From a virus (lineage: Duplodnaviria; Caudoviricetes): a stretch of 27,955 nucleotides of DNA. The number at the start of each line of letters is the position of its first letter. The stretch's first letter is position 1. The notes under the pieces are model-generated. The model searched no databases. It was not told the DNA's origin and saw nothing but the letters and a program-made list of their open reading frames with translations. The stretch spans positions 1 to 27,955 of the IMG/VR virus record IMGVR_UViG_3300014885_000012, one strand, 5' to 3'. A program made the translations under genes and the position numbers. Shown piece by piece: positions 25,601-27,955 of the stretch.

Positions 25601-25831
25601 ATGAACACGGGATACTATGTCTCGGTAATGGAAGGCCCAAAATACGCACTATTGGCCGGGCCATACGCAACACATGACGAAGCACTGGCCAATAAGCAAG
25701 ATGTAATGAACAAGGCAGTTGAACTTGACCCTAAAGCATGGTTCTATGCTTTTGGTACAGCAAGCATTGTCAGTGAAAAGCCATTACCCCAGGGCAAACT
25801 TAATTCGTACCTTGTAACAGAACAAACATGA
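25601..25831 (+). CDS. Hypothetical early protein, 76 aa
   Basis: RBS GGAGG; YYVSV...LLAGPYATHDEAL motif. Confidence 0.8.
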   Translation: MNTGYYVSVMEGPKYALLAGPYATHDEALANKQDVMNKAVELDPKAWFYAFGTASIVSEKPLPQGKLNSYLVTEQT

Positions 25832-26037
25832 AGCGATTCATTGATTTACGTAACCAGGACACCGGGTATCGTTTTGCGTGGTTCGATACTGTCACCGATA
25901 AGTTTGAATCATTTAAGGGGGAACAAGTATGGGATACATGGTCAGAGTTTGAGGAGGTATGTCTGCCAAGTATAAGAGAACGATATAAGAGACTATGCCC
26001 ATTGTGGATATTTGAGCAACCAGAAGATGATGACTAA
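25828..26037 (+). CDS. Hypothetical early protein, 69 aa
   Basis: ATGA-coupled to the upstream gene. Confidence 0.75.
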   Translation: MKRFIDLRNQDTGYRFAWFDTVTDKFESFKGEQVWDTWSEFEEVCLPSIRERYKRLCPLWIFEQPEDDD

Positions 26038-26039
26038 AC

Positions 26040-26690
26040 AACAGATCAGCATAGGCAAAATCAGAAAATCGCACAATCAGAAAATCAGAAAATTGTGTTA
26101 CGTTCGTCCTTGACATAACTCGTGAACATTACAATGTATTACAACGAACATTACAACTTTATGTCACTTCGCAAAACCATAATACTCTCTATTCTCTCTC
26201 TATATTATATACTATTTATACTATCCTTTCTTCTATAGAGAGAAGAATATGTAAAGTGTAACAGTGTAATGTGTAAAAACCACCGCAGGGAAGGTGAAGA
26301 TGCAATGTAGTGTGGGTGGTGTGGGTGGTGTGGGGATGGCAGGTCGTGCATTTCCGTACAGCCATTTTGTGAAAAAGATTTGTAACATTTTTGCTAAAAA
26401 CTGGTTTGTGGGGGAAGAGTGACCAATAACATACCAATAGGGTGATATTATGCCACAAACACACAAAAATACCACGAAAAGGGACTATTACCCCCCACAA
26501 TCAGCACAAAAAGATGTATTACAAATAACCTGCGAACATTACAAATCGAACATAATGCAAGAGATACATAACAAATCAGGTAAACTGTACCACCTAGATA
26601 ATCTAAACTTTAAGGTACTTTTTAATCTGGCGTTAATGTTCTCCTAGTATACTATAAGATAGAGATACCGCGCTCGGTGGTATATAAGTT
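26040..26690. repeat. Repeat-rich non-coding region, origin-like
   Basis: GAACATTACAA x3, ATGTATTACAA x2, AAAATC repeats, a TGTAA x4 cluster, an AT-rich tract and GTGTGGG repeats. Confidence 0.6.
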
Positions 26691-26704
26691 TATTAGGAGG
26701 ATAA

Positions 26705-27046
26705 ATGATAGTATCATTGGTAGACCAACCTGATTATAGGGCTTATGTCTATGTACTTTTAGATGGTGATAGGCCCTTCTATGTAGGACAAACTCAAGAT
26801 GTGTCCGCAAGACATAAATGCCATTGTAGAAAGTATGGAGATAAAGTCACGTTATTGGTAGTAGATGGCACAAATAGCTATCAAGAGGTAACACGTCTTG
26901 AAAAAACTTGGCTAAGTTACATCGAAGATATAGGACATATTACTACTAACAAAAGCACTCCATGCCATGCCACCCGTGGTGGCTATAGTGTTCATTACCC
27001 AAACAGGGTAAACCGTGATGTTATAGGATTGAGGGTAGCAAAATGA
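26705..27046 (+). CDS. GIY-YIG nuclease-family protein, 113 aa
   Basis: YVYVLL...FYVGQT...R..H...LEKTW...TN; RBS AGGAGG. Confidence 0.85.
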   Translation: MIVSLVDQPDYRAYVYVLLDGDRPFYVGQTQDVSARHKCHCRKYGDKVTLLVVDGTNSYQEVTRLEKTWLSYIEDIGHITTNKSTPCHATRGGYSVHYPNRVNRDVIGLRVAK

Positions 27047-27378
27047 AACAACAAACAAGTACCAGATTAGACATAACTAAATTACAAGAGCTAAGAATGT
27101 TGGCGCTAAAATTTGGCTTGTTGTTTGGGGGAGACAGAACATTCTCCATCAATGAGGTAATTGGTAAGCTACTGGCTTATGCCGCCGACGCCAACCCACA
27201 GGACATACTTGATGGCGTCACACCCGATAGCCTACCGGCGCTTAACCCTGACGTGGCAGAGGCCATAGAGCAAATAGCAATGATGGCTCACAAAGATCAG
27301 GCAGAAGTTATTAACTATCTGCTTGACTACGCACTAAAAAATCTTAGTGACTTACAGGAGATAGCAAACAATGTCTAG
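27043..27378 (+). CDS. Putative DNA-binding protein (tandem RHH-like), 111 aa
   Basis: TSTRLD...SINEVIGKLL and LNPDVAEAIEQIA...QAEVINYLLDYAL. Confidence 0.6.
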   Translation: MKQQTSTRLDITKLQELRMLALKFGLLFGGDRTFSINEVIGKLLAYAADANPQDILDGVTPDSLPALNPDVAEAIEQIAMMAHKDQAEVINYLLDYALKNLSDLQEIANNV

Positions 27379-27814
27379 TGGAGAGCTGTATCAAAGTAGA
27401 AAGCTTCAAGGAAAATGTCCGACTTGTGGGGACTGGCCTGCGCCTGGACATATAACCTGTGATGCATGTATAGAACGAACCCAGAAGAGCCGAGAACGAA
27501 ACATAGAAGCCTACCTTTGGAGGTTAGCAAAAGACCGCGCGGAGAAGAAGGGTATACCCTTCACCATCACACCAGAGGATATTGTTATCCCCACTCATTG
27601 CCCGGTATTTGGTACTACCCTGGCGCGAGGCGTGTTTGGTAAGGGTGATGCTAGTCCTACGCTTGATAAGCTGATCCCCGAACTTGGCTACATCCCCGGT
27701 AACGTGTTCGTGGTAAGCGAACGCTGTAATAGACTAAAGAGCGATAGCACATTAGAGGAACTAGAGAAGATAGTCAAGTATATATATAGCAAACTAAACA
27801 ACACGCCAGCATAG
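27371..27814 (+). CDS. HNH-like (His-Me finger) phage endonuclease, 147 aa
   Basis: CPTC/CDAC, DIVIPTHCPVFG, PTLDKLIPELGYIPGNVFVVSERCNRLK. Confidence 0.85.
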   Translation: MSSGELYQSRKLQGKCPTCGDWPAPGHITCDACIERTQKSRERNIEAYLWRLAKDRAEKKGIPFTITPEDIVIPTHCPVFGTTLARGVFGKGDASPTLDKLIPELGYIPGNVFVVSERCNRLKSDSTLEELEKIVKYIYSKLNNTPA

Positions 27815-27897
27815 GCAAATCAGCAATCTTGTTCACCATTTGTGAAGTAAACGACAAGCTATAGATACCTGGAATAAAAAACTAGCCAAATGGCCTA

Positions 27898-27926
27898 TTG
27901 ACGGTAAACTAAATAGATGATAAACT
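27898..27926 (+). promoter_or_regulatory. Sigma70-type promoter for a gene beyond the window
   Basis: TTGACG-17-TAAACT with TG extension; GAGGAG RBS at the window end. Confidence 0.75.
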
Positions 27927-27955
27927 AGATACAAGGTAAACCAATAGAGGAGCAA

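Noticed and set aside
25913-26647. ORFs across the repeat-rich region
   Set aside because: Low-complexity translations without a convincing RBS; better explained as non-coding DNA.
24850-27823. Repeats read as a CRISPR or mini-CRISPR array
   Set aside because: Copies are more than 1 kb apart or lack unique regular spacers, and no cas gene is present.
1-27955. Stop-codon reassignment
   Set aside because: Genes are intact in the standard code, and TAA, TAG and TGA all end well-spaced genes.

Overview
This is a 28-kb piece of a tailed dsDNA phage genome (Caudoviricetes; podovirus-like by inference), read in the standard genetic code. Positions 1-16.4 kb (minus strand) are a tightly coupled packaging/virion operon. 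It holds a GIY-YIG endonuclease, an HTH TerS-like protein, fibre/decoration-type proteins, two small membrane proteins, the terminase large subunit, the portal and several low-complexity putative internal-virion proteins. It ends in a >818-aa ORF that runs off the left edge and is missing from the ORF track. Positions 16.5-23.2 kb (minus strand) carry an accessory operon with an Xis-like HTH, RHH-like regulators, four membrane proteins and a soluble FtsK/SpoIIIE (TraB-like) ATPase. One of the membrane proteins looks like a DUF2637/Spd-like + GIY-YIG + C2H2-finger fusion. After a 720-bp divergent non-coding region, a plus-strand early region has near-consensus sigma70 promoters, small ORFs, an iteron-rich origin-like stretch and further nucleases. 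The main candidate for an undescribed system is the phage-borne TraB/Spd-like DNA translocation module, which might move phage DNA between cells of a filamentous host (Chloroflexota is suspected, not shown). Other highlights are two structured intergenic RNA elements, one with a loop exactly complementary to the downstream RBS, a promoter nested in a terminator, and a 22-nt motif present three times. All family assignments come from motif recognition by eye; no searches were run.
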